Translations under genes and position numbers: made by a program
Source: Candidatus Hydrogenedens sp.
Lineage (GTDB): Bacteria > Hydrogenedentota > Hydrogenedentia > Hydrogenedentales > Hydrogenedentaceae
DNA length: 64,000 nucleotides
Direction of reading: 5' to 3'
NCBI GenBank assembly: GCA_049968235.1
Contig: JBMFRC010000006.1
Location: 96,001 to 160,000 of the forward strand
Notes under the pieces: generated by a model
What the model was told of the DNA's origin: nothing
Databases searched by the model: none
The model's input: the letters and a program-made list of their open reading frames with translations, nothing else
In this document: positions 1-9,734 of the stretch, one piece after another
Layout: each line of letters opens with the position of its first letter
Numbering within the stretch: the stretch's first letter is position 1

Positions 1-3000
1 ACTTATCCTTTTCTTATATTAGTTAATCCAACAGTAACTCAAAAATTAATAGGTACTCACTATATCTTTGGTAATGGAACCGATATAATAACTGATATAA
101 AAACACCTAGTACCGATTCAAGCACATTTTTCATTGTAGGTTATACCAATAGTTATTTTGAAAATTTTAATTGGAATAACACCGAATTTACTTCCAATCC
201 GTTTGATACCTCGCTCAATAATGGGGCAAATGAAAACTTTGATGCAATGGTATGGAGACTTCAATGGAACAGCATAGAAAATACAATCACGCCTACATGG
301 GGAACATTTTTAGGGGGAACTTTAAATGATACAGCATTGTCCATAGGTACTGTTGATAGTAATCACATTTGCTTTTCGGGTATAACAAATTCTCCTGATT
401 TCCCATTACAGGGGTGTCAAACTATAGCACCAGCATATTTACCAAGCCATTATTTATCTGCTTTTAATATATCGGGTAAAGTTATATATGTAAATCCTGA
501 CAGTTCTGTTGATCCCACTGATGGCAGTTCATGGGAAAAAGGTTACCATACTATTTCAGAAGCCATTAGTTCTGCTAACAACTATGATGAAATATGGATA
601 AAATCTGGATATTACAATGAAAGGCTTACAATTAATGGATTTTCAAATCTTATCTTGCGAGGTGGTTTTTCAGGTTTAGAAACGAATATAGATGAAATAA
701 ATCCATGGGAAAATCCAACAAAGATTTCCCCTATACAGGTAAAAGGAACGGGAAACTTAGGAACACCCACCTTAAATATTACATCGTGCATGAATATTGT
801 ATTAAATGGACTTGTTTTTGAAAGTGGAACTAATATACTTGGTGATGGTGGAGCCATAAATATTTCTAATTCCACTGTTCGTATCCTATGTTCTCAATTT
901 TACAAAAACAATTCAAATGGGAACGGTGGGGCTATCTATATTAATAATTCGTATGCAAACATCGCAAACTGTGTATTTGTTCAGAATTCTTGTTCAGGAA
1001 ACGGTTCGGGTATTTCTGCTAACGAATCTACAGTTAAAATTATACATTGCACATTTGCTAACAATTTTAATTCCGTTAGCGAAGATGTTAGCACTGTAGA
1101 CATTCAAGGTTCTACATCTATGCTAATGATACTCAACTCTATAATCTGGGCTAATGAGGGAAATACTCATGTTCAGATAAATTATCCTGAAATTATTCCT
1201 CCTGTAAATCTTCTATTCAGCCATTCAATTATCCAAAATTTCAGTTTATTATCTACACCACCATCACCCAATACCGTACTTGATACTAACCCTCTATTTA
1301 TTGAGAACCCGTCCGAAACAACACCTGGCGACTTAAATTTAAATCTGGAATCACCAGCGGTAAATCTTGCTGACCCAATCTCACTTACAATAGAATACGG
1401 TGCTGTTAATGAAGATATTCGTCGCAAACCGCGAATATTTATGGGAGAGAGTTGTAAACCTGATGCAGGAGCCTTCGAAATATTTCCTGCTCCCACACCT
1501 GTAATCACACTCTTGGGCGATAATCCCTTATATTTAACTATAAATAATCCCTACATTGAACCTGGATATGTATCTAAAGATGGATGTGATGTTGATATAA
1601 CATTTTTAGTAGATGTTACTTCCAATGTAAATACAGAACAGACAGGAGAATACACTGTAGAGTATTCGGTAATAAGTCCGTATGACCAGGGACAGATAAT
1701 AAAAGCAATCCGGAGAGTTATAGTCATCACTGCTTCATCGCAAATCATCCTTAACGGACCATCCGATGTGGTAATAGAATGTGGAAACTTTTTTATTGAC
1801 CCCGGTGCAGTAGCATTTGATTTATTGGGGAATAATATTTCCAATGAAATTATTGTTACGGATAATGTTGATTATTCAACTCCTGGAACATATACCATAG
1901 AATATAGTGTAACAGAGACAGAAAGCCATCCTGCCCTTCATGCTGTAAGAAATATAACGGTTCAGGATACAACTCCCCCAATACTTATTCTAATAGGTCC
2001 TCCGCAGATTACCATTCCTTGTGGTTCAACATGGTCTGACCCGGGATACATTGCATTTGACCAATGTTCACTTAATAATGTGCAGGTAAATGTAACAGGT
2101 AGTGTAAACACTTCTGCCACTGGAACCTATACGATTACTTACACTGCCTATGATGAGAACGAACATACATCCACTCTCACAAGAAAAGTCGTTGTTGATT
2201 GCAATATTCCTCAATTACAACAATGCCAGAATCAATGTTCTAATGATACTTCTCCTGTAGATAACGATGGAGATGGTCTATCATTTTGTATAGAGACTTG
2301 TTTGGGGACATCCGACCAGGATATAGATAGCGATGATGATAGTATGCCGGATTATTTTGAAGCAACATATAACTTAAATCCACTATTTAATGATGCGAAG
2401 GAAGATGCAGATTTAGATGGATTATCAAATCTTGAAGAATTTCTTACAAAGACCAATCCTATTGATTCCAATTCTCCATGGGAAGCCCATTATGTATCTA
2501 ATTCTGGCGATGACGATAATCCCGGGACATTGCAGTCCCCTCGTGCTACTATAACAACTACTCTTGGCAATATTAATACAAATCAAAATAAACAATCCTC
2601 TATTGTGCTGTTTCCAGGGAATTATTATGAAGATATTGTTTTATCAGAAAATATTGTTTTAATTGGAATCACAGCCTACGGTGAAAATAACAGACCTGTT
2701 ATCTACGGAAAAATTACGGGGGCTAATGGAGCAAAAATTTATAATGTTGATATAAAATCCAGTACAACCTCACCTGCAATAATTCCTGTTAAAGCCGAAG
2801 TTGAGAAGCCCATACTTCTGAATTGTGGTAATACTTCCATGCATATACGAAATGTCCGCTTTTTAGGTACAGGTTCGGAGATAGGTATATCTGTAGAAGG
2901 TGGAAATTGCTATAACACCATTATAGAGAGATGCCTCTTCCAGGATTTAAGTATTGGAATTCTAATAGGTGATAGTATCCCTGTTATCAGGAGATGCATT

Positions 3001-3957
3001 TTTAAATCATCACTTTCAACAAAAACTGATTCAACAGGTATTTATATTGAAGATAATTCAGGAAGTTACAATCCATCCAATTCTTTAGGTGATGTTAATG
3101 ACCCCAATACAGGTTGGAATACATTTAATCTTAATGGAGGAAAAGCGATAGTATGTAAAAGAGCCGAGGAGATTAAGGCTCATAACAATGACTGGGGAAC
3201 AGAGGATAGTGGAGAAATTTTAAATCAAGTTGAAGGAAATTTAGATACCCAATATTATCTGGGGAAAGGTAAAGCCATGATTGCTTCTTCACTTGCATGT
3301 GTTGTGTGGAATGCCAATAACAGAGACCCTATCATCAACGCCACGGTAGCAATAAATCCTTCTGTCTATCCACCATTAACACAAAATACAAAAGGCGTTT
3401 ATACTTTCTCATCCATTCCATCAGGGACCTATACCATAACAATATCTGCCCCTAATTTTTTAACACGACAGATTAATACAAATATACCTGAAGGAGATTT
3501 AAAATCTGAATCTGTAGCATTAAAACCTGTTGAAGGTGAAGGAACGGCTGATGGAGAAGGAACTACCGAAGGAATTCAAGAAGGTTCTACGGAAGGAACA
3601 ACTGAAGGTGAAAAAGAAATATTAATTCCTGATGTAAGAGGAATGTCTGTAGAGGAAGCAACTCAAGTATTAAATTCTGCAGGACTTCGTGTTTCAAATA
3701 CTATAAAAGAAGAATATAACCAGGAAGTTTCCAGAGGGAAAGTTACTCGAACGGAACCAGCAATCGGGACAAAAGTAGTCCAAAATACAGAAATAACTCT
3801 GGTAGTTAGTAAGGGGGCAAAAAGAAGATTTATTATTTCCTGTGGTCCTAATTACAATAGAAACTCGTATTGGGGCGATATAATCATTTGTATCTTTGCA
3901 TCCACCTTGCTTTTGTACAATCGTCCAGGAAAAGTATCTATAAATAAGAACAAATAA
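1..3957 (+). CDS. Giant secreted/surface multidomain protein, 5'-partial. It contains right-handed beta-helix repeats, three Ig-like (DUF5011-like) repeats, thrombospondin-type-3-like Ca-binding aspartate repeats, a second beta-helix, a carboxypeptidase-regulatory-like beta-sandwich, an acidic E/G/T linker, a C-terminal PASTA domain and a short hydrophobic tail.
   Basis: Frame 1 is open from nt 1 with no stop before the first ATG at 247, so the gene starts upstream of the window. Beta-helix NxxGGAI-type repeats are present (GGAINISNS, GGAIYINNS). Three repeats of about 80 aa have the form G.Y.DPG..A.D...tG.YTI.Y. Aspartate repeats read DNDGDG / DSDDDSMPD / DADLDGLSN. Residues near the C-terminus (IPDVRGMSVEEATQVLNSAGLRV...TLVVSKG) fit the PASTA consensus closely. 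Confidence 0.7.
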   Translation, partial: TYPFLILVNPTVTQKLIGTHYIFGNGTDIITDIKTPSTDSSTFFIVGYTNSYFENFNWNNTEFTSNPFDTSLNNGANENFDAMVWRLQWNSIENTITPTWGTFLGGTLNDTALSIGTVDSNHICFSGITNSPDFPLQGCQTIAPAYLPSHYLSAFNISGKVIYVNPDSSVDPTDGSSWEKGYHTISEAISSANNYDEIWIKSGYYNERLTINGFSNLILRGGFSGLETNIDEINPWENPTKISPIQVKGTGNLGTPTLNITSCMNIVLNGLVFESGTNILGDGGAINISNSTVRILCSQFYKNNSNGNGGAIYINNSYANIANCVFVQNSCSGNGSGISANESTVKIIHCTFANNFNSVSEDVSTVDIQGSTSMLMILNSIIWANEGNTHVQINYPEIIPPVNLLFSHSIIQNFSLLSTPPSPNTVLDTNPLFIENPSETTPGDLNLNLESPAVNLADPISLTIEYGAVNEDIRRKPRIFMGESCKPDAGAFEIFPAPTPVITLLGDNPLYLTINNPYIEPGYVSKDGCDVDITFLVDVTSNVNTEQTGEYTVEYSVISPYDQGQIIKAIRRVIVITASSQIILNGPSDVVIECGNFFIDPGAVAFDLLGNNISNEIIVTDNVDYSTPGTYTIEYSVTETESHPALHAVRNITVQDTTPPILILIGPPQITIPCGSTWSDPGYIAFDQCSLNNVQVNVTGSVNTSATGTYTITYTAYDENEHTSTLTRKVVVDCNIPQLQQCQNQCSNDTSPVDNDGDGLSFCIETCLGTSDQDIDSDDDSMPDYFEATYNLNPLFNDAKEDADLDGLSNLEEFLTKTNPIDSNSPWEAHYVSNSGDDDNPGTLQSPRATITTTLGNINTNQNKQSSIVLFPGNYYEDIVLSENIVLIGITAYGENNRPVIYGKITGANGAKIYNVDIKSSTTSPAIIPVKAEVEKPILLNCGNTSMHIRNVRFLGTGSEIGISVEGGNCYNTIIERCLFQDLSIGILIGDSIPVIRRCIFKSSLSTKTDSTGIYIEDNSGSYNPSNSLGDVNDPNTGWNTFNLNGGKAIVCKRAEEIKAHNNDWGTEDSGEILNQVEGNLDTQYYLGKGKAMIASSLACVVWNANNRDPIINATVAINPSVYPPLTQNTKGVYTFSSIPSGTYTITISAPNFLTRQINTNIPEGDLKSESVALKPVEGEGTADGEGTTEGIQEGSTEGTTEGEKEILIPDVRGMSVEEATQVLNSAGLRVSNTIKEEYNQEVSRGKVTRTEPAIGTKVVQNTEITLVVSKGAKRRFIISCGPNYNRNSYWGDIIICIFASTLLLYNRPGKVSINKNK

Positions 3958-3974
3958 TCCGACTTATCGTTTTT

Positions 3975-5021
3975 TTAAGGCTCAGATTTTTTGTTGTGCT
4001 GTTTCTTTTTAATTGCCTTACGGTAATGCATAACCGCATCTGTGTGGGTATCAATATCTTTACTAAATGTATGTGTCCTCCCATCTGCATTAGATACAAA
4101 ATAAAGATATTCCCCTAATTCAGGAAATAAAGCAGAGCGTAAACTGGTAAGACCGGGATTTGATATAGGAGTAGGAGGTAAACCTTTATATTTATAGGTA
4201 TTATATGGGGAATCCACTTCCTTATCGGCATTGGTTAGTAATACTCCATATTTTTGATTGGCATATTGCAATGTCGCATCAATTTGGAGAGGCATGTCTT
4301 TCTTTAATCGATTATATATAACTTGTGCAATAAGAGGTCGTTCTTCATCTATTTTTGCTTCTTCTTCAATTAAAGAGGCTATTATAACTTTTTGATATTT
4401 CTCTTCATTGGAAAGTTCAAAGCCATTTTCCTCCATCAATTTTTTCCATTCTTTATCAAACTGACTAATCATTACATCAGCAAGGGTTTTAGCATCAGGT
4501 ATCTCTTCAAATAGATATGTCCCCGGCATTAAAAATCCTTCTACGGTAGGACCCGCGATATTTTTCTCTTTTGCATACTCACTAGAATTTACAATTTTTA
4601 GAAATTCTTCCGGGTCTGGAGCAATCATTGATATTTGTTTATTTGTTAAACCCTCCGGAACAGTTATTTTATATGCACATATAGGACGAATAGGACCTTT
4701 TAGTAGAAGTTCATATATTTGTTGAACAGAATATCCTTTGGGAATAGAATATATACCATATTTTATATCTTTATCCCCTCCTTTTATTCTTAACAAGGCT
4801 AAAAAGAAAATTTCATGGGGAATAAGTCCTTTTTCTTTAAGTAGAAACGCAATATCTTGTGCGGTGTTTCCTTTATTTACGGTTATTTCAACAGGTTCTC
4901 CCGGAACCCCTTCCCTTACTATATATACATACCCCCCTGCAATAACAATGCCCATTACCAATAATAAACATATCACTATAAATAAACCCACAAGTAATAT
5001 TTTTAATATGATTCTTTTCAT
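3975..5021 (-). CDS. mltG: Endolytic murein transglycosylase MltG (YceG family)
   Basis: The protein has an N-terminal TM helix and the YceG-like body including KGLPPTPISNPG. It lies adjacent to ruvX/yqgF, which is a conserved pairing. Confidence 0.85.
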   Translation of the reverse strand: MKRIILKILLVGLFIVICLLLVMGIVIAGGYVYIVREGVPGEPVEITVNKGNTAQDIAFLLKEKGLIPHEIFFLALLRIKGGDKDIKYGIYSIPKGYSVQQIYELLLKGPIRPICAYKITVPEGLTNKQISMIAPDPEEFLKIVNSSEYAKEKNIAGPTVEGFLMPGTYLFEEIPDAKTLADVMISQFDKEWKKLMEENGFELSNEEKYQKVIIASLIEEEAKIDEERPLIAQVIYNRLKKDMPLQIDATLQYANQKYGVLLTNADKEVDSPYNTYKYKGLPPTPISNPGLTSLRSALFPELGEYLYFVSNADGRTHTFSKDIDTHTDAVMHYRKAIKKKQHNKKSEP

Positions 5022-5032
5022 ATCTCTACTTT

Positions 5033-5560
5033 TTATTTACTTTTATGCAATTCTAGATATGTTTCTAATAGTTTTGCAGCTGCAATTTTATCAATAATAC
5101 CTCTCTGTTTTTTTTGTCCTACGCCGATGTTTGTCAACGCTCGTTGGGCTACAGTAGTTGTTAACCTTTCATCTATCTTTTCAATGTCTACATTAATTTT
5201 TCCTTTGATTTCTTCTATAAAACTTTTCACTTTTTCCGTTTGTATCCCTTCACTTCCATCCATTTTTAAGGGATAACCAATAATCACTTTTTTTACCTCT
5301 TTTTCTTTAATAATCTCCTGTATTGTTTTGATGAAATCTGTGGTTTTCCGCAAATCTATTACCATCAGCGGAAATGCAAAAATCCGGAGTGGGTCACTTA
5401 TGGCAAGTCCTATGCGAACTTCACCATAATCAATTGCAAGTATTCTTCCTTCTTCCAATTCAGGTTCCTTTCTTATTTTAATATTTAAACATTTTATTTT
5501 ATAATTGTATAAATCTGTTAATTTTTCACAAGAATTATAACGCTCTTGGGAGTTTTTCAT
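5033..5560 (-). CDS. ruvX: Putative pre-16S rRNA nuclease / Holliday-junction resolvase-like YqgF (RuvX)
   Basis: The protein contains ILAIDYGEVRIGLAISD and a C-terminal GYPLKMDGSEG...AAAKLLETYL. The annotated ATG at 5560 overlaps the divergent ATG at 5559. The real start is probably the TTG at about 5458 (aaggaa RBS upstream), which gives an about 141-aa protein. Confidence 0.75.
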   Translation of the reverse strand: MKNSQERYNSCEKLTDLYNYKIKCLNIKIRKEPELEEGRILAIDYGEVRIGLAISDPLRIFAFPLMVIDLRKTTDFIKTIQEIIKEKEVKKVIIGYPLKMDGSEGIQTEKVKSFIEEIKGKINVDIEKIDERLTTTVAQRALTNIGVGQKKQRGIIDKIAAAKLLETYLELHKSK

Positions 5561-6239
5561 GCATATCGAAGATAGACCTATTCATTTTTCAGTTGAATTG
5601 ATACACAATCCGACACCTATAAATAAAGAAATTTTACAAAGATTTTACTATGATTTAATCGGTTCACCTGTTTCCTATGACAGTATTGATTTTAGTTTTC
5701 CTATGCAAACACGATTTTACTCAACACGAGGGAATCGAAGCCAATCCATGGTTCTTTTTCTTTTAGACCGCAGTATAATTATAGAAGAATGGACAACCAT
5801 CACTTTTAATGAATTCCTGAATAAAGTTAATGAATTAGGACCCAAAATATTACAGGTTAGAAATCAAATGGCTTTTCTCGCTCATACTGGGACTTTACGC
5901 TCAACTTTTGCACTAACTCGATATGACGATGCAAAGTCTTTTATTGTAGAAAAATTATTAAATCAATCCCAGGAACTGATGATTGACCATTTTGGACGAC
6001 CCTTAGCAACAACGGGAATACGATTTGTTTTTCCGGAATCAAACGATACTCCCGGAATATATCATGTGCTAATTGAATCTTTTCGCCACAGTAAAAAAGA
6101 ACTATTTGTTGAAGTACGGGGGATTTTTGGAAGGCAACCTGTCTCGGCACAAAATATAGATCTGATAATTGAAAATTTAAAAGAAATGCGTGAATTCCTT
6201 ACTCAACGATTACAGCCTTATCTAAATCAATACGATTAA
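5559..6239 (+). CDS. Hypothetical protein (226 aa), no recognisable motif
   Basis: An intact ORF that fills the gap between ruvX and the AKR gene. No family recognised by eye. Confidence 0.45.
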   Translation: MHIEDRPIHFSVELIHNPTPINKEILQRFYYDLIGSPVSYDSIDFSFPMQTRFYSTRGNRSQSMVLFLLDRSIIIEEWTTITFNEFLNKVNELGPKILQVRNQMAFLAHTGTLRSTFALTRYDDAKSFIVEKLLNQSQELMIDHFGRPLATTGIRFVFPESNDTPGIYHVLIESFRHSKKELFVEVRGIFGRQPVSAQNIDLIIENLKEMREFLTQRLQPYLNQYD

Positions 6240-6242
6240 TCT

Positions 6243-7223
6243 TTACCATCCCCGTAAACGATATACATCAAGAGGTTCTCTATCTGTTGGTAAAGGAGGT
6301 TGATAAGACAGTTTTGAAATCTCTTCCCGTTGTTCAATCGATAGATTCAAATCAATACATGGTATTACCTCTTTGAATTGTTCCAGAGTTCTTGCCCCTA
6401 ACAAAATAGATGTAACAATAGGATTGCTTTTTACCCAACTTGCTGACAGAACAGCAGGTGAATAACCTTTCTCCTCCGCATAATGGACAAATTTTCGGGT
6501 TATTTCTTCATACATGGGGTTATTGTAACGCTGTTGATACATCTTATTTTCATTTAATCTCCCCTTCTCTCCTTTTAAATATTTTCCGGTCAACATACCT
6601 GCACCCAGAACATTATAGGGTATAACTGCCAGACTCTCATGTTTGGCTAAGGGTAATATTTCTACTTCTACCTGTCTTTTAATAAGGCTATACATAGGTT
6701 GGATACATATAACGGGTGCATAATGGAATTCTCTTGATACTGCAATTGTCTTCATTATTTGCCATGCAGAGAAGTTAGAAATACCCATATAAAGGACTTT
6801 TCCCTGCATGATTAATGTATGTACTGCTTCTAAAGAATACTCTATGGATGTGTATTCATCCCAATGATGGAGATAAAGTATATCAAGATATTCTGTATTT
6901 AATCTTCGTAAAGATTCTTCTACAGATTGTATAATGTTTTTCTTTGATAATCCTTCATTATTTATCCCTTTTTGGGAGGGGAAAAATACCTTCGTTGCAA
7001 GAATAATATCTTTTCGACTGTTACCTATCCATTCTCCTACAATCTTTTCTGTTTCTCCTTTATTGTAATTATGAGCAGTATCAAAGAAGTTTATACCAAT
7101 ATCATAGGCATAGTCCATAATTTTGAAACTAACATCTTTATCTGCCTCATTACCAAATGTCATTGTCCCCAGACATATCTCAGAAACTTTCAGACCTGAT
7201 TTCCCTAATGGAACATATTTCAT
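6243..7223 (-). CDS. Aldo/keto reductase (Tas/YajO-like NADP-dependent oxidoreductase)
   Basis: The protein has an N-terminal LGKSGLKVSEICLGTMTFG motif and carries AKR signature residues across its length of about 326 aa. Confidence 0.8.
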   Translation of the reverse strand: MKYVPLGKSGLKVSEICLGTMTFGNEADKDVSFKIMDYAYDIGINFFDTAHNYNKGETEKIVGEWIGNSRKDIILATKVFFPSQKGINNEGLSKKNIIQSVEESLRRLNTEYLDILYLHHWDEYTSIEYSLEAVHTLIMQGKVLYMGISNFSAWQIMKTIAVSREFHYAPVICIQPMYSLIKRQVEVEILPLAKHESLAVIPYNVLGAGMLTGKYLKGEKGRLNENKMYQQRYNNPMYEEITRKFVHYAEEKGYSPAVLSASWVKSNPIVTSILLGARTLEQFKEVIPCIDLNLSIEQREEISKLSYQPPLPTDREPLDVYRLRGW

Positions 7224-7263
7224 AGATTATCTCCCTCATAAAAAATCTTACATAAAGAGAAAG

Positions 7264-7337
7264 TGGCGGCGCAGGGATTCGAACCCCGGACACGCGGATT
7301 ATGATTCCGCTGCTCTAACCAACTGAGCTACGCCGCC
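7264..7337 (-). tRNA. tRNA with CAT anticodon (elongator tRNA-Met, or tRNA-Ile2 if lysidinylated)
   Basis: The reverse complement reads GGCGGCGTAGCTCAGTTGGTTAGAGCAGCGGAATCATAATCCGCGTGTCCGGGGTTCGAATCCCTGCGCCGCCA. It has a cloverleaf with a GTTCGAATC T-loop, the anticodon loop is ATCATAA (CAT), and CCA is encoded. Position 1:72 is a G-C pair, so it is not an initiator. Confidence 0.9.
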
Positions 7338-7504
7338 GTAAGGAATATTATTATAACAAATGTGTTTTTTATTATACAACAGTTCAAAAAATCTATACTT
7401 ATAACTTATGATGCGAATTCATATAATATTAGGTTTGAAGTCGTTTTATTCTACTTTTTTTTCTTATACTATTTAGAAATTTATTTAGGATTAGGAATAC
7501 GTAT

Positions 7505-8269
7505 ATGACGGTTATACTTTCCTGGAATGTTAATGGATTCCGTTCTGTCTTAAAAAAAGGATTTATGGAATGGCTTGAAACAGTTTCTCCTGATATTCTT
7601 TGTTTACAGGAAACTAAATTAAAGCATTCTGATATAAATGACAATTCTTTCCCGATACCTTCACAATATCACGCTTATTGGAGTTGTGCTAAAAAACCGG
7701 GCTACAGTGGAACCGCTTTTTTCTGTAAAAATAAACCCATTCAAATCATAGAAATAGAAGAACCTGATTTTACACATGAAGGGAGGGTGCAAATAGCTGA
7801 TTTCGGTGATTTTATCCTTTTTAATTCCTACTGGCCTAACAGTCAGGAAGAAAAAAAACGGCTTCCTTATAAACTCAGGTTTATTGATAAATTGCAGAAA
7901 ACACTTCTTGATTTCGTTAAGAAAAAGAAAAACATACTCGTATGTGGAGATTTTAATATAGCCCATACAGAGATTGACCTTGCTCGACCTAAAGAAAATG
8001 AAAATCATGCAGGTTATTATCCTGAAGAAAGAGAGGCTATGACAAATTTCTTACATTCAGGTTTTGTAGATACTTTTCGTATGTTTTGCAAAGAAGGAGG
8101 TCACTATACATGGTGGTCGTATCGAACAAATGCCAGGGCTCGGAATATTGGTTGGAGAATTGATTACCATGTCGTAAATGAATCGTTTAAGAAGCATATT
8201 AAACGGTCTTGGATTTTATCGGATGTTTCTGGGTCTGACCATTGTCCAATAGGTGTTGAAATTATTTAA
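7505..8269 (+). CDS. xth: Exodeoxyribonuclease III (AP endonuclease, Xth family)
   Basis: N-terminal ILSWNVNGFRS...LCLQETK, central NxYWPN and C-terminal SDHCP motifs are present, and the length of about 254 aa fits. Confidence 0.9.
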   Translation: MTVILSWNVNGFRSVLKKGFMEWLETVSPDILCLQETKLKHSDINDNSFPIPSQYHAYWSCAKKPGYSGTAFFCKNKPIQIIEIEEPDFTHEGRVQIADFGDFILFNSYWPNSQEEKKRLPYKLRFIDKLQKTLLDFVKKKKNILVCGDFNIAHTEIDLARPKENENHAGYYPEEREAMTNFLHSGFVDTFRMFCKEGGHYTWWSYRTNARARNIGWRIDYHVVNESFKKHIKRSWILSDVSGSDHCPIGVEII

Positions 8270-8283
8270 ATAGGTATATTTTT

Positions 8284-8865
8284 ATGAATAAATCTTATGT
8301 TACAACCAAACAAGGGGACACCGGAAAAACAAAATTACCCGCTGGACATTGGATATCAAAGGATTCGGAAATTATCGAATGTCTCGGCTCTTTAGATAGT
8401 CTCCGCACCAACTTATCTTATCTTCGATTGCAAATTTTACAATCTGATAATCCTCACAAGATATTTCTTTCTGAGGTACTTCTATGGCTTATTCATTGCT
8501 GTTTTATAACCGGGACACAAATATCCGACCCTTCTGGAACGATTATCCCCTCTAACCATCCAAAATTAAGTCAAAAACACTTAGAACAATTAGAACAATG
8601 GCAGGCTCAATTGGAAGAGCAAATTCAATTGCCAAGAAAATTTATTGCATCTGCCAGTAATTCTGTTTCTGCGTATGCTGATATAGTAACCACAGTTGCA
8701 AGAGAATTTGAACGCCGACTAATCGCTTTAGAGAAAAACCAACCTCACAAAACCAATAATGTATTTATTCCTTTTTTTAATCGTTTAAGTGATTTTTTAT
8801 TTATCATTGCACGAATTTTAGATAATAATAATTTCCATACTGTAGATTATACTCTTATCCAATAA
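8284..8865 (+). CDS. ATP:cob(I)alamin adenosyltransferase, PduO/MMAB type
   Basis: The N-terminus contains TTKQGDTGKT and ECLGSLDSL, a helical-bundle pattern typical of PduO-type adenosyltransferases. Confidence 0.7.
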   Translation: MNKSYVTTKQGDTGKTKLPAGHWISKDSEIIECLGSLDSLRTNLSYLRLQILQSDNPHKIFLSEVLLWLIHCCFITGTQISDPSGTIIPSNHPKLSQKHLEQLEQWQAQLEEQIQLPRKFIASASNSVSAYADIVTTVAREFERRLIALEKNQPHKTNNVFIPFFNRLSDFLFIIARILDNNNFHTVDYTLIQ

Positions 8866-8868
8866 ATT

Positions 8869-9714
8869 CTATCCTTGCCCAGATAACTTTAATACTTTAT
8901 TTATAAAATTTTTCAGTCCATTTATATATTTATCTCCCGTTATAACAAACCCTTCATTATGGTCGCCTGTAATTTCTAAAAATTCTTTTTCACATTCTAA
9001 TAAATCAAATATTTTTTGCCCATGGTAATATTTAATAAGCGTATCCTGAGGACTATGAATAACTAAAACCGGGGATTTTATATTTTTTAACTTCTTTTTT
9101 GTATAAAATTCATTTCCTCTGGCAAAACGCTCTGGAAACCATGAAAACATATCTTTTGCCACATCAATTGTAGAAAGGAAAGTACTTTCAAGGATTACTC
9201 CTGCACATTCTACTTTCGTCGCTAAATCTGCCGTTACAGCACCCCCTAAAGAACGACCAAAAAGAATTACATTCTGTGGTGAATATCCCTTCCTTCCTAT
9301 TAAATACTTCCACATTGCTAAAGCATCGTTGCAACATCTTTCTTCTGAAGGTCTCCCCGTTGACTTACCGTATCCGCCATAATCGTAAACCAGCACGCTG
9401 AGACCTAACTTTCGGAATATGCCAACAGATTCCAATCGGTCTGCTATATTTCCAGCATTTCCATGTGAAAAAAGAACCACACCTTTTGATTCTTCACAAG
9501 GAATATACCATCCGTGAGTCTTCTTCTTATCTACCTGAACCACAATATCTTCATATTCCCACTGATAAAAATCGGGGGTTCTGTAAATATAAGTTGACTT
9601 TTGATACAGGATGTTAGGAAATATATATTTAGCAAACAAAGAGAATGAAATCATAGCAATAGTGATAGATAGTATTAAAATAATACATAAATATTTATAT
9701 TTAACTATTTTCAT
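8869..9714 (-). CDS. Alpha/beta-fold hydrolase with N-terminal membrane anchor
   Basis: An N-terminal TM helix is present, the HG box reads FSHGNAG, and the nucleophile elbow reads GRSLGG. Confidence 0.7.
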   Translation of the reverse strand: MKIVKYKYLCIILILSITIAMISFSLFAKYIFPNILYQKSTYIYRTPDFYQWEYEDIVVQVDKKKTHGWYIPCEESKGVVLFSHGNAGNIADRLESVGIFRKLGLSVLVYDYGGYGKSTGRPSEERCCNDALAMWKYLIGRKGYSPQNVILFGRSLGGAVTADLATKVECAGVILESTFLSTIDVAKDMFSWFPERFARGNEFYTKKKLKNIKSPVLVIHSPQDTLIKYYHGQKIFDLLECEKEFLEITGDHNEGFVITGDKYINGLKNFINKVLKLSGQG

Positions 9715-9734
9715 TTACATATTGATTAATGAAA

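Noticed and set aside
612-1844. Several 60-110-aa ORFs (612-875 -, 917-1099 +, 1182-1508 -, 1551-1844 -) inside the giant surface-protein gene
   Set aside because: They are antisense or out of frame within a long, motif-rich reading frame. They have low-complexity translations and no start context, so they are spurious.
3838-3957. Possibility that the odd C-terminal tail after the PASTA domain results from a frameshift
   Set aside because: I could not identify an alternative frame giving a more sensible continuation. The MltG gene begins 18 nt downstream, so there is no room for a longer protein. It is kept as a genuine tail but flagged in the findings.
7123-7326. 67-aa ORF on the plus strand
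   Set aside because: It overlaps the 3' end of the AKR gene and runs straight through the tRNA-CAT gene, so it is an artefact.
7264-7337. Possibility that the CAT-anticodon tRNA is the initiator tRNA-fMet
   Set aside because: Position 1:72 is a normal G-C pair and the anticodon stem lacks the three consecutive G-C pairs typical of initiators. It is therefore an elongator Met tRNA, or Ile2 if lysidinylated.
7200-7504. Genomic-island insertion next to the tRNA gene
   Set aside because: Both flanks of the tRNA are ordinary housekeeping genes (AKR, xth) with no integrase, no direct repeat of the tRNA 3' end and no compositional break visible by eye.
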